Shown here piece after piece: positions 1-11,173 of a stretch of DNA of 47,635 nucleotides (within the stretch, counting starts at the first letter, position 1; every line of letters begins with the position of its first letter). The stretch spans positions 558,001 through 605,635 of the forward strand of contig NW_025767029.1 of the NCBI RefSeq assembly GCF_003918875.1, in the 5' to 3' direction. Origin of the DNA: Haliotis rubra (taxonomy: Eukaryota). Made by a program: the position numbers and the translations under genes. Below the pieces are notes generated by a model. The model ran no database searches, was not told the DNA's origin, and was given only the letters and a program-made list of their open reading frames with translations.

Positions 1-115
1 CAGTTTATATGACCTCTGTGCTGGATAGAGACAATATTGTACTTGACTTCATTTTATGTGACCTTTTTGTTGGATAGAGACAATATTGTGCTTGACCTCA
101 GTTTATGTGACCTGT
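1..115. repeat. 49-bp tandem repeat (~2.3 copies visible, truncated by window edge) ending just before an acceptor site
   Basis: Unit ~CAGTTTATRTGACCTYTKTGYTGGATAGAGACAATATTGTRCTTGACYT recurs at 1, 50 and 99. Confidence 0.8.
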
Positions 116-124
116 ATGTTTCAG

Positions 125-236
125 GCCGTGCAGTACCTTCAGAAGGCTCATCGCTGTGTGATGCAGACCTCCGGGTGGGAGAAGGATGTGGATCAGTGTG
201 TGACTGTAGCAGAGCAATCTCAACAACTAGCCACAG
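125..236 (+). CDS. TTC27: TTC27-like (tetratricopeptide repeat protein 27) internal exon, third from last
   Basis: tttcAG|...|GTaact; encodes AVQYLQKAHRCVMQTSGWEKDVDQCVTVAEQSQQLAT, resembling the TTC27 C-terminal motif (A.Q.L.KA..C..Q...WEKD) as recalled; 112 nt ends in phase 1, matching the next exon. Confidence 0.8.
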
Positions 237-465
237 GTAACTATAACAACTGTCCCTGCTCCATACCATGGATCATGTAACTATGGCAACTGTCTTGGCT
301 CCCACACATAGGTAAGGTATGTTGGTACTGTTGCTGCTTTGGTCAGCTGCTAACTCATGGTAAGCTTAGGGAGGGTATGTCATGAGTCATGTGATATTTG
401 TTGTGAGTAGATAGCCAGGTATCGCCATCTGTCACAGTTTTTACACATAGTTTTTTGGTTTTCAG

Positions 466-563
466 AACATCTTAAGTTCACAGAGCATTGTGCACCATCA
501 CAAGCTATCAGCTCCTTGTCATCAGCTAAACTGATGCTGAAAAGCCTCCTGGTGAAGTTAAAG
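466..563 (+). CDS. TTC27: TTC27-like penultimate exon
   Basis: ttttcAG|...|GTagag; phase-1 start completes a Glu codon; encodes EHLKFTEHCAPSQAISSLSSAKLMLKSLLVKLK (cf. TTC27 'QEAVQMLSSVRLNLRGLLSKAK' from memory); ends in phase 0. Confidence 0.8.
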
Positions 564-2144
564 GTAGAGGTCTTTGTTTTCTAGAGTGAAATGACTGAGT
601 GCTGTATGTGTAACATTGAATCACTACTGTTTTAGTCCATGATTTCTCAGTGTTACCATATCCGTATAATTTCCCCAGAAAATACATCTTCCACAATAGC
701 TGGACTGTACTTAGATGTTGGCATGAGATAACTGAAATATTGCTGTCTTGTCATATTTGTGTTCACTCCACAACGGACAGCTGATTGTCCAACAACATAA
801 ACTAGCAGCACTCTGTCCATCCAATATTATGATGCAGTAAGATCTCCTGGCCAGGTCAAAGCGACCCATTAAAACATGGTACTTGTTCCCCTGCCTGGCG
901 GTGGAGTCTACTAATGCCTACAGTGAATAATGCCTACAGTGTTAAATAAACAACTTTATGCACCAGTGCTGCTGATTGCACCTGCCTTCAACCTTTCAAT
1001 AAAGTGGCATGGTCCTATTTCAAAGTGCACTAATGCCTACAGTATATAGAAAACAGTAACTTTCTATGTTGAGAGACATTTTATTTGGTCATTCATATAC
1101 CTGGCATGCATGGCGTCAATGTACAAAGTACAAAGTCTATGGCTAAACTGACAACGTGTTATGGTATGTTAGTAGGCCTTATAAACTTGGTTTAAACTAA
1201 TACCAACTGGCACAAACACAAATGCTATTATGAAACAAATGATCTTGAATGTGAAGTATGATTCAACCCAATTTTCACTTTTTCTCAACCTCTTCTCATT
1301 GTCTTGTATGGCACAGGATGGTAAGATTTTCCACAGGGGCGTGTCATGCTTAGAAACACCGTTAGAAAGACATATAGGTATATAGACCCTACCCTAGTAC
1401 TATATAAAAGGGAGGTAACGATGAAACCACCCTCTCCTCAGTCAAAGTTAGATTTCACCACATAAAATATTTTTAAGGCTCAGCCGAGGCCTACGGATTG
1501 AAAGCTAGATGATTCCCTACAAAATGAGCTATAAATGGTCACAATCGGATCATTATTTCAAAAGTTATATGCCACAACTCACCGAAAACAGCTACCTCCA
1601 CAATTCCAAGCCAAAATCATGGATCAGCAAAGACAGCGAAAACTCACCTTTTAAATTCGTTTATTAATTCTGATTGCAACATCCACATATCATTTCCTCG
1701 GCAGTAAGCAGGCATTTTCTACAGAATCACCGGCAACCATACTCACTTGTCGGCCATAGATGACCTTGACATTCAAGTGACCTGAGCAGATCTGCACAAA
1801 CTGACTCGGGGCCTCCCATTGGTGGAAAAAATATATCCTGTAAGATTTTGTCTGTTTGCTAATGGGCACGAAATATGAACTTTGCAATATTCCTTCTATT
1901 TTGGATGATGTATGGAACAGTAAATTGGTAAGAATTATTTTTACCAATTTACTGCTCATGTCACTTGAATGTCAAGGTCATCTATGGCCGACAAGTGAGT
2001 ATGATTGCCGGTGATTCTGTAGAAAATGCCTGCTTACTGCCGAGGAAATGATATGTGGATGTTGCAATCAGTTTTTAGACCAGTGGAATATGGCCGCCGA
2101 TAGAATCTAGTGCTAGATAGGTGCTGTCAACGTGCCTGGAATTA

Positions 2145-3659
2145 CCGTATATGACCGTCTATAAGACGACCCCATGGATAAGTTGACCCCCAAACTTGAC
2201 CCTTAAAATCAGTGTCAAAATGGTATGTTTCGTGCATAAGTGATAAGTCGATCCCCCGCGATGGGGTCCTAATCGCGGCAAACACAGACCACAGACAACT
2301 GGCAGTTACCAATAATTATAACTTTGGTCCACATTATTCAAAGAATTCACAGTCATATATATTGTGTCTACTCACGAATCGAAACGAAGTGTAGTTGACA
2401 GAAAATGCATAATATATTTTGCTTCTCTAAATACAGTAGAACACGGATATAACGAACTCCAAGGGACCACGAAATATAGTTCGCTATATCCGGTGTTCGT
2501 TATTCACATTTGACCGCCATCTTGGATTGTAGAGATGTAGAGACACGTATATGCTGAGGCTACAAATATTTATTATTGTACATGTACATTGACATAACAT
2601 TAAAATTCTGAATTTATCATTCACAGACATTAGCTAGAACATGTTTAACAATCACAACAATCTCAACAATACATGTATATAACTTAATTACGTTTAACAA
2701 AGTACACAATTTTGCTCTGCACACCACGTCTTGCAGACTTCATTTTGCCGACTGCATCACAGACACGTTAATGAGTTCGCTAATCACGTCGATAGTTGGG
2801 CTTGGGGGTAGTAAATCAGTTCGCTATAGCCGTTAATTCGCTACTCATGAGTTCGTTATTCGCGTATAATTTTAATGATATTATAAAGGACTGTTGACGG
2901 GACTTTTAAATTTGTTCGCTATATCCGTTTGTACGCTATATCCGTGTTTGCTATATCCGTGTTCTACTGTATCATATTTATTGTAGCAACAAACTGGCTT
3001 GCTTATTTTACCCCATTCAACAATCACAAAATGATTACCGCCTCGTTTTCCATTGACTGCTAGTTTACAGTAACATCGGTAAAAATGTGTGAATTTAAAT
3101 GGCTTCCGTATTTTACCCCATTCCATGTGCGTACAACTTCTGCTTACCACGTTCATGAGGGTCCGTATAACCTTAGTGTTGATTATATATATATTTTCAT
3201 AAAAACTGTAATTAAAATTACACAATGCTAGGATATATTTCTTTGGGTTAAATAATAGTATTCTGTATTATATTTTACTGACGACTGCGTCAAAATTCAA
3301 CCCGTTATATTATTGTGCATGTTTGAACTTGTTCGCCGGGAAACGTGTGCACAGCTGATTGCTATTTCCGGCTCAGATACACACGGTAATCTTAATCCCT
3401 GCAAATAATACAATGCCCAGCAAAATCCAATTTATAACTTACAAGGTAAATAATCTTGTCTAGTGATGTTTAATTGCAAATTTGACGTCTCTACTGACAA
3501 AGTCGTCTTCTGTTGTTTGTTCACGCGAAGTGATACGATGTTGTTTTCTTACACCTGGAAAAAAGTTTGACTAAAGCGTAACCCATGAATAAGACGACCC
3601 CCTTCCACAGACTGCTTTTTTTGGTCCTCAAAATTCGGCTTATAGACGGTCATATACGG
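2145..3659. mobile_element. Tc1/mariner-superfamily (pogo/Tc2-like) non-autonomous element nested in the foldback element
   Basis: TIR CCGTATATGACCGTCTATAAG / CTTATAGACGGTCATATACGG; TA duplication at 2143-2144 and 3660-3661; subterminal ATAAGACGACCCC-type repeats. Confidence 0.85.
2434..2969. mobile_element. Tigger/pogo-like MITE nested inside the previous element
   Basis: TIR CAGTAGAACACGGATATA / TATATCCGTGTTCTACTG; TA TSD at 2432-2433 and 2970-2971; repeated TTCGCTATATCCG subterminal motifs. Confidence 0.85.
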
Positions 3660-4066
3660 TAATAAACGAATTTAAAAGGTGAGTTTTCGCTGTCTTTGCT
3701 GATCCATGATTTTGGCTTGGAATTGTGGAGGTAGCTGTTTTCGGTGAGTTGTGGCATATAACTTTTGAAATAATGATCCGATTGTGACCATTTATAGCTC
3801 ATTTTGTAGGAAATCATCTAGCTTTTGATCCGTAGGCCTTGGCGGAGCCTTAAAAATATTTTACGTGGTGAAATCTAACTTTGATTGAGGAGAGGGTGGT
3901 TTCGTCGTTACATCCCTTTCCTTTTATATAGTACTAGGGTAGGGTCTACATACCTACATGTATTTCTAACGCTGTTTCTAAGCGTGACACGCCCCTGTGA
4001 GATTTTCAACATGTTAAATTGCTCCATACTGATAATTTTGCAGGTTATGTTGTTGTGTTATTTCAG

Positions 4067-4186
4067 CAGGCAAACACGGACCCTGTGACACAAATACTGG
4101 CCCAGAAGCTACAGAAGCCTTGTGATGACCTCAGTGCCAGTCTGGACACAATAGTCTGCAGAATCGATGAGCTGAAGGGAACATGA
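4067..4186 (+). CDS. TTC27: TTC27-like terminal coding exon
   Basis: tatttcAG| phase 0; QANTDPVTQILAQKLQKPCDDLSASLDTIVCRIDELKGT* with TGA at 4184-4186; resembles the TTC27 end (Q..TD..T......L.DD...). ATTAAA follows at ~4216. Confidence 0.75.
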   Translation, partial: QANTDPVTQILAQKLQKPCDDLSASLDTIVCRIDELKGT

Positions 4187-4640
4187 TCAAGGACTTCTGT
4201 GATATTGATTTTTTTATTAAAATGACCAATGTATTCTGCTGTTGAGTTATTCTGACAAGTGATTGCTTTCATAAAGTGTTTATGCTAAATGTCTAAACAG
4301 ATTCAGAGGTGCCAACACACAGGATTTTTAGATATTCATTATGATTTTACACCCGAAGTTACCACAGTACAATCATCTCAGTGAAAGTGTAAAATTTCTG
4401 AAATTTTGTGCATGTGATTATTTAATATTAAGACCACAATGTTGGTGACCCTCATTAATACTGATTCTTAGTTTAATATGTAAACTTAACTGTAAGCAGA
4501 AACGGCGAAATAGAACACTACTGATTGGTAGATAGGTAGATATCCCTATGAAAACCCCTTTTACTTGGCAATCAAAAAAAAGAATGTGCCTGATTCAGAA
4601 ACCATATTCTTTACAAGTGTTAATTGATCACTAACTTATT

Positions 4641-4860
4641 GACCCGGGAAAATCTGGGTTAGAATTGGTTTTCAGCAATCCATGCTTGTCATAAGAGGCT
4701 CATGTCATGACGGGCTCGCTGACTTGGTTGACACATGTCATTGTATCCTGGTTGTGTAGATCAATGCTCATGCTGTTGATCACTGGATTTTCTGGTCCAG
4801 AATAGATTATTTACAGACTGCTGGAATATTGCTGAACAAACAAACAAAAACAAAACTAAA
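4641..4860 (+). mobile_element. Short retroposon family A, diverged copy (no tRNA head; RTE-like 5' motif)
   Basis: Homologous to 5849-6082, 13280-13521 and 27331-27540; starts GACCCG.GAA.ATC, contains CATGCTTGTC.TAAGAGGC, ends in (AAAC)n. Confidence 0.75.
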
Positions 4861-5848
4861 CTTACTCCTACAGTTTGTACTGATATTCCATCATATCAGC
4901 TTATAGGTATGTTATTACTGTTTAAAACATATTGCCTGTTATGACTGTTACTTCAGGGAATAGAAAAGGAATCAAGTTTCCACTTAACCGTGGAAAGGAG
5001 AAGGGAAATAAGCATGAGTCAGGATAAGTATAAAATATCAATTCTATCATAAAAATTACATTTTTCTGAAAAAACTACTTTTGTCCAAGCAAGTTACTAT
5101 TTGGAGCTGAAAAAGGTTGACATCTCTGAAGATTCCTCTGGGGAGAGTATCATGCATTAGCTATTCGTTAGGACATCTCATGTTGAGGATTGCATTTTGT
5201 ATGGAAAATCTGAATGGAGCAATGTCAGTCTTCATGTTTGAGGAGTCAAGAATGGCCAAGTCATCAATATCATCAAAGAAGCAGCAATTCACTGTACAGA
5301 ATGGCAAACGTTTGTACATCTGAGACTTTGGGCTTACCTCGCACATTATGCTGACACACATGATGTAAGTGGGATATTGTGGCGTAAAACCCAACTTTCT
5401 CTCACTCACTCAAGTCTGATCTGCTGAATAAACATTGATATCATTGGTCTTACTTAATATCTTTTGTCTAATCAATGTGGATTGTCACTGGCCCATTTTT
5501 TAATACTTATAAGTTGTAGTGAAATTCTGACATTTGCTCACTCACACTTTCACTACAGACTGAGTGAATATTAATTTACCCTGTGGGTGTATCCAGAAAG
5601 ACCTGCCACCAGAAAGACCTGCCACCAAACGGACAGACACGCTGTCCTCCATGTGGAAGCTGGTATCCAGTGGTTTGCCTGTCCTGGAGTCCTACATTCA
5701 CAGGTCACCATGATGTACTTTGAATATTGACTGCACTGTAAAACAATCTCCAGGATAAAGTGTAATCACTTGATCCTTTTGAGGCACTGAGTGGCCAGAA
5801 AGAAAGAATAATAGTTTTAGATTCGTCAGAATATCCATACTGCATTTA

Positions 5849-6082
5849 GAGTGAGTTTTACGCAGCACTCAGCAATATTCCAGCTATATGGCGGCAGTTT
5901 GTAAATAATCGAGTCTGGAGCAGACAATCCACTGATCAACAGCATGAGCATTGATCTACGCAATTGGGTTATGATGACATGTGCCAACCAAGTCAGCGAG
6001 TCTGACCACCTGATCCCATTAGTTGCCGCTTACGACAAGCATGGGTTACTGAAGATCAATTCTAACCCGCATCTTCACGGGT
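5849..6082 (-). mobile_element. Short retroposon family A, near-full copy
   Basis: Reverse complement reads ACCCGTGAAGAT...CATGCTTGTCGTAAGCGGCAACTAATGGGATC...GGAATATTGCTGAGTG..GCGTAAAACTCACTC. Confidence 0.85.
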
Positions 6083-6829
6083 ATGCTACATTTAGAAGGA
6101 TATCTGAGGGTGGTCTTGTACTTGCTAGGGGCTACTATACCAGACTAGGGGACAGAAATGCGTTTTCAAGTAGTACCAATATTGGGAGTTGACCCAGGTC
6201 GATGTCTGGAAAAGCCAATACTTCAATCATTAAATGAGTCAAAGATTATCCAAGAATCAAAGATTATTGTTGATGTTTTATGACCTGTTTGACATATTCT
6301 GGTGTATGTTTCATGATTGGGTGTCTCATGTAGCCAAGTTGTCACAGGACAATCTCCTGTGCAGATTTCCCCTGAGCATGACCTTTTTGACGCATCCCAT
6401 TGTATGTCAGCCGTGTAGATTGAGTGTCATGATGTCAGTCACTGGAATCTTGTCCAGACCTCCATCTTGAATATTGCTTGTACAAGATACAAACGTTCAC
6501 AGTTGCATCAAAACTGTAGCAAATGTGTATAAGGAAGGTGAGCTTCAGTACCTAAACTAACCCGAACAATAGCTATTGATCACTTCTTTCACTTAAATCT
6601 CTTTGCCTGTGTACACATTGTCCGTGCACCGAAGCACCAGCTGTTGCCGTAGAGGGATGCTGGTTGGTGCTGACATACAAATAATCAAATTGTCTCTGAT
6701 GAGTGAGTTACAATTTAGACGGGCGAAATGGTTAGCAGTCATGGACGGAACGGGACCCTCGGAACCAGTGTATTCCTGCTAACTCCAGTATTTCTCTGTC
6801 TGTATTACCGAGTGGCCATAAAGCATACC

Positions 6830-6960
6830 AACCACGTGGCAACTTTAACCAGCTGACTATATCAAAATATTGATTTCCGGGTCCACGTTGGCTTTGAAAA
6901 TATCTCAATCACCTGAGGCCTACGCCACTCAACACCACATGCGTCATGGAGTCACGTGAT
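6830..6960 (+). promoter_or_regulatory. Putative proximal promoter of the F-box gene (two E-boxes)
   Basis: CCACGTGG at 6832-6839 and GTCACGTGA at 6951-6959, 140-270 bp upstream of the ATG in a locally CpG-richer stretch; motif-only evidence. Confidence 0.3.
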
Positions 6961-7096
6961 AATTTGTCGTCTGCGGTTGGACTTAATCGGCTGCTGGGAC
7001 GTGTGGGCGTTTTATGAATGAACCTCTTCCTACAATGTTGTCATCGATGTGATCGTATACTTGGATCATGTATGTTCAACACGCTGGAGATCAGGT

Positions 7097-7975
7097 ATGG
7101 AGCGATATAATAATTTCAGGTGGATGCCAAACCTGGCTCACTATCACCGTTTGCTTGATGGGGATGAAATTCCTAACGGCAGAGAACATGTCATCGCACC
7201 GTTATGCAGTATCCCGAACGCTCCAAGCAATATTAACCGTCTCCCTGATGAGGTTCTTGCTCGGATTTTCGGCTACCTTCGCCCGATTGAAGACCGACTG
7301 CCATCCCTGGCTCTCGTATGCCATAAGTGGAGACACATCCTTTTAACATCTGGCTCTCTGTGGAGGTCTCTCCACATCGACCCATCACAATATTCGTACG
7401 GGCATTTCAGTCTTGTGTGCTGCATATTTCGGTTGTACGGGTATCATGTTCAGAAACTTACTTGGCGGGAACATTCGCTTGTTTACGAAAGCGTCTTTTC
7501 ACTGATACCTCGGCTTAGGAATTTGAAGTATCTAAGACTGCCGATTCTATGGACCAGGGCTGTGGTGGAAAGTCTCCAGACACTAACAAACCTCGAACAT
7601 GTTCAGATCAACGGCGGTTATGCCCTAAGCGATTCCGACTTGGAACGAATCGGAATGTATTTCCCTCGACTCCGTGAAGTTTCTATAAATGCCTGCTGGA
7701 GTATCTCAAGTCAAGGGGTCGAGAGGTTTATAGATTCACTCCGCAATCTGGAAACTATTAAACTAAAGATCAACTCTGGCCTACCGCTAAACGACGTGAG
7801 GAGTGAACGCGCCATGAGGGAAGGGGGACGAATAGTTGTGAGTTTGACTGAACATGGTTACTCCAAGTTAATTGGTGTTTTGTGTCTTCATTTTGTGCCC
7901 GTAGAGATGGATCAGTTGTGGGACTCTGTCAACAGGATGAGCAACCTCAAGAAGCTGAGCATAAGTAACTGTGAG
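7097..7975 (+). CDS. F-box/LRR-repeat protein, exon 1 (F-box plus first LRRs)
   Basis: First in-frame ATG at 7097; F-box INRLPDEVLARIFGYL...LALVCHKWRHILLTSGSLWRSL; LRRs (LKYLRL, LREVSINACWSISSQGV); donor GAG|GTAAG at 7975/7976, phase 0. Confidence 0.9.
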
Positions 7976-8029
7976 GTAAGCACATGTAGCACCATGTCGT
8001 GCATGCCTATTATTTTGCTTGAAGGCGGT

Positions 8030-8271
8030 ATAACATCTTCCCTGATAGTATATAACCCCTGTTAAGCAACATATTATTGTGTTTAGCCTCATAACATCTT
8101 CCCTGATAGTATATAACCCCTGTTAAGCAACATATTATTGTGTTTAGCCTCATAACATCTTCCCTGATAGTATATAACCCCTGTTAAGCAACATATTATT
8201 GTGTTTAGCCTCATAACATCTTCCCTGATAGTATATAACCCCTGTTAAGCAACGTATTATTGTGTTTAGCC
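8030..8271. repeat. 61-bp minisatellite, 4 near-identical copies
   Basis: Unit ATAACATCTTCCCTGATAGTATATAACCCCTGTTAAGCAACATATTATTGTGTTTAGCCTC. Confidence 0.95.
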
Positions 8272-9099
8272 TGTGAAGGGTGTAACTGACGCATCGCTTG
8301 AACCAATCTAACAAACCTTATATTACATTTTCATGGCATCATACTATTTAGGGATGCTTCATGTGTTTAATTATCTGGTTATGAAAACTCGGCTTTGCCC
8401 AATGTTACTCTGATCAGTCCTTTTGTGTAATACTAAGCTCAATATATTTTGTCGAACGAATTTGTCTGTGAAACCAGTTTCGATTAAAAATTGGCACAGC
8501 TGCCTCATAGAGGTTGTTGGAATAGTGGAGTGCCAATACCCAGCTGTTGCAGGCCGCTTGAACTTCCACATTTTAGTCGAATATTTGCAATAAACACATG
8601 TATCACTAAATTCGTGAAACGTACATTGTTCCTGACCTAACTTCTTTACGAATATAAACAAATCATCACGTGTGTTTTCTTGGCGAAAGGATTGCATTTG
8701 GTGCAGATAATGCCAATGTAATATTTCGTGTCCGTAGTATTGTTATAGAAACATAATAAAAATCGTTGATTTAACTGCTGTTAATTGTGGCACTATGGTC
8801 CTCGTTCGTAAGCCGTATAATAGCAGCAGAAATATCGCAGCACACAAGCACTAGAGAGCTTCAGTGTGGGTCATCGATTATGGGGCGTTGATGCATTGCG
8901 CGAACAGAGGGGCACCTGTTGAATTGCGTCACCTTGGCTCACACCGTCCTTTGGTATTGGAGCAAGTGACGTATGCAGGAGTTGACGCAATGATTGCTTC
9001 AGCGACTTACTTGTATCATGTTCAATGATCGCTGGTACACCTGACGTGTTTCAGTGCTGCCTCAATGGTTAACGGAAGGACTGGCATGTAGGCATATTG

Positions 9100-10505
9100 T
9101 GGTGCTAACGAAGTGGTGACTGGAGCTATTTAGGTATAGGTGAACCTGCCAGGAACTGCTGCAGCTACAGATGTATATTTCAGCTGTCTCAATGACGGGC
9201 AAACATGTGGAGGAGCGGATGTAATGATTGCTTGAGTGATGGACGTGTAGGCTTTGTGGAGCTGACGTACTGATAACTGGAGTAATGTACTTATGGAGCT
9301 GAGGTAATGCTTGTTGGAGTAATGGACGTGTAGGCTTAGTGGAACTGACGTAATGATTGCTGGAGTAATGGGCGTGTAGGCTAGGTGGAGCTGACGTACT
9401 GATATCTGGAGTGATGTACTTAGTGAAGCTGACGTAATGATTGTTTAAGTGACGGACGTGTAGGCTATACCATTACGTCAGCTCCGCTAAGTACATCCCT
9501 CCAGATACCATTGCGTCAGCTCCACTAAGTACATCACTCCAGATACCATTACGTCAGCTCCACTAAGTCCATCACTCCAGATACCATTACGTCAGCTCCA
9601 CTAAGTGCATCTCTCCAGATACCATTACGTCAGCTCCACTAAGTCCATCACTCCAGATACCATTACGTCAGCTCCAGTAAGTCCATCACTTCAGATACCA
9701 TTACGTCAGCTCCACTTAGTCTACACGTCCGTCACTTAAACAATTATTACGTCAGCTCCACTAATGCTTGTCGGAGTGATGGACGTGTAGGCTAAGTGGA
9801 GCTGACGTACTGATTGCTGGAGCGATGGACGTGTAGGCTAGGTGGAGCTGACGTACTGACATGTGGAGTGATGTACTTAGTGAAGCTGACGTAATGATTG
9901 TTTAAGTGACGGACGTGTATGCTATATCATTACGTCAGCTCCACTAAGTACATCACTCCAGATACCATTACGTCAGCTCCACTTAGCCTACACGTCCGTC
10001 ACTTAAACAATTATTACGTCAGTTCCGCTAATGCTTGTCGGAGTGATGGACGTGTAGGCTAAGTGGAGCTGACGTACTGATCTCTGGAATGATGTACTTA
10101 GTGAAGCTTACGTAATGATTGTTTAAGTGACGGACGTGTAGGCTATATCATTACGTCAGCTGCACTAATGCTTGTCGGAGTGATGGACGTGTAGGCTAAG
10201 TGGAGCTGACGTACTGATATCTGGAGTGATGTACTTAGTGAAGCTTACGTAATGATTATTTAAGTGACGGACGTGTAGGCTAAGATGGACCTGCAGACTT
10301 AGTGGAGCTGACGTAATGGTATCTGGAGTGATGTACTTAGTGGAGCTGACGTAATGGTATCTGGAGTGATGGACTTAGTGGAGCTGACGTAATGGTATCT
10401 GGAGAGATGGACTTGGTGGAGCTGACGTAATGGTATCTGGAGTGATGCACTTAGTGAATCTGACGTAAAGGTATCTGGAGTGATGGACGTGTAGGCTCAG
10501 TATAG
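9100..10505. repeat. Complex 38/47-bp satellite with alternating inverted blocks
   Basis: Core unit AGTGGAGCTGACGTAATGGTATCTGGAGTGATGTACTT (38 bp) and a ~47-bp variant with GGACGTGTAGGCT; reverse-orientation blocks at ~9468-9764, ~9925-10031 and ~10146-10168. Confidence 0.9.
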
Positions 10506-11173
10506 CTGCATCAGTGACAGCACTTGCTTACTTCAGTCTGAGCATTCATTGCCCAAACAATGCCACATTATTCATCTCACAGGATTCAGTGATGAATCTG
10601 TTGAGGTAAGGCCAACCAACCCTTATAAGTATACACTTCCCTTGATCAGGAAAACCTCACAAGCTAAATCAATGCGATTGCTTTTATGCGACAACTAGGT
10701 AGATGATTATATGCATAGACGCCATGCCTATAACAACGATATGTTACAACATGACCGATCGTGCGTCTCTGTGTGGAAGGGGCGCTTACCATGAAGTTAA
10801 TTATGCCTGAAACTCAAATAGTGCGTCTAATTAATAGTTCATGTAACCTTCATGTGCTCGTTAGAGTTCGATGTCATATCAGCCAGTTCTGTACTAGGCA
10901 ACCCCTCAAACCTGCACTGACATGACCCATGCAGTCTGCAGGCCACATAGTCATTAGATGCTGCTCCGTGGTGATATTGAACCTGCTGTCGTGAAAGCTC
11001 CCATGACATTCCCGCTGCACTTGCTTGTCTTGGATTTCACTAAGTTCGCTGCATTCCAGACTGTTGTGGGCAGGCCTTATCTCAGGCATATACCCGTGGG
11101 GATTACGGGTCCTCCATACCTCCCACACTAAGACCCTGTGTTATAATGCCATACCTGTCTGATAGTGTAGCAT

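Larger units (their letters stand above)
1332..3999. mobile_element. Non-autonomous foldback DNA transposon (P-element- or hAT-like), carrying two nested insertions
   Basis: Termini CACAGGGGCGTGTCA...TGACACGCCCCTGTG; inverted arms 1332-~1668 vs ~3660-3999 plus 1670-1788 vs 1953-2071; exact 8-bp TSD AGATTTTC at 1324-1331 and 4000-4007; CACAG fits the P-superfamily CANRG terminus. Confidence 0.85.

Noticed and set aside
7049-8065. Single-exon 338-aa F-box ORF as given in the track
   Set aside because: The listed start is GTG, and the tail after NCE runs through a GTAAG donor into a repeat; the spliced model from ATG 7097 to exon 20450 is better.
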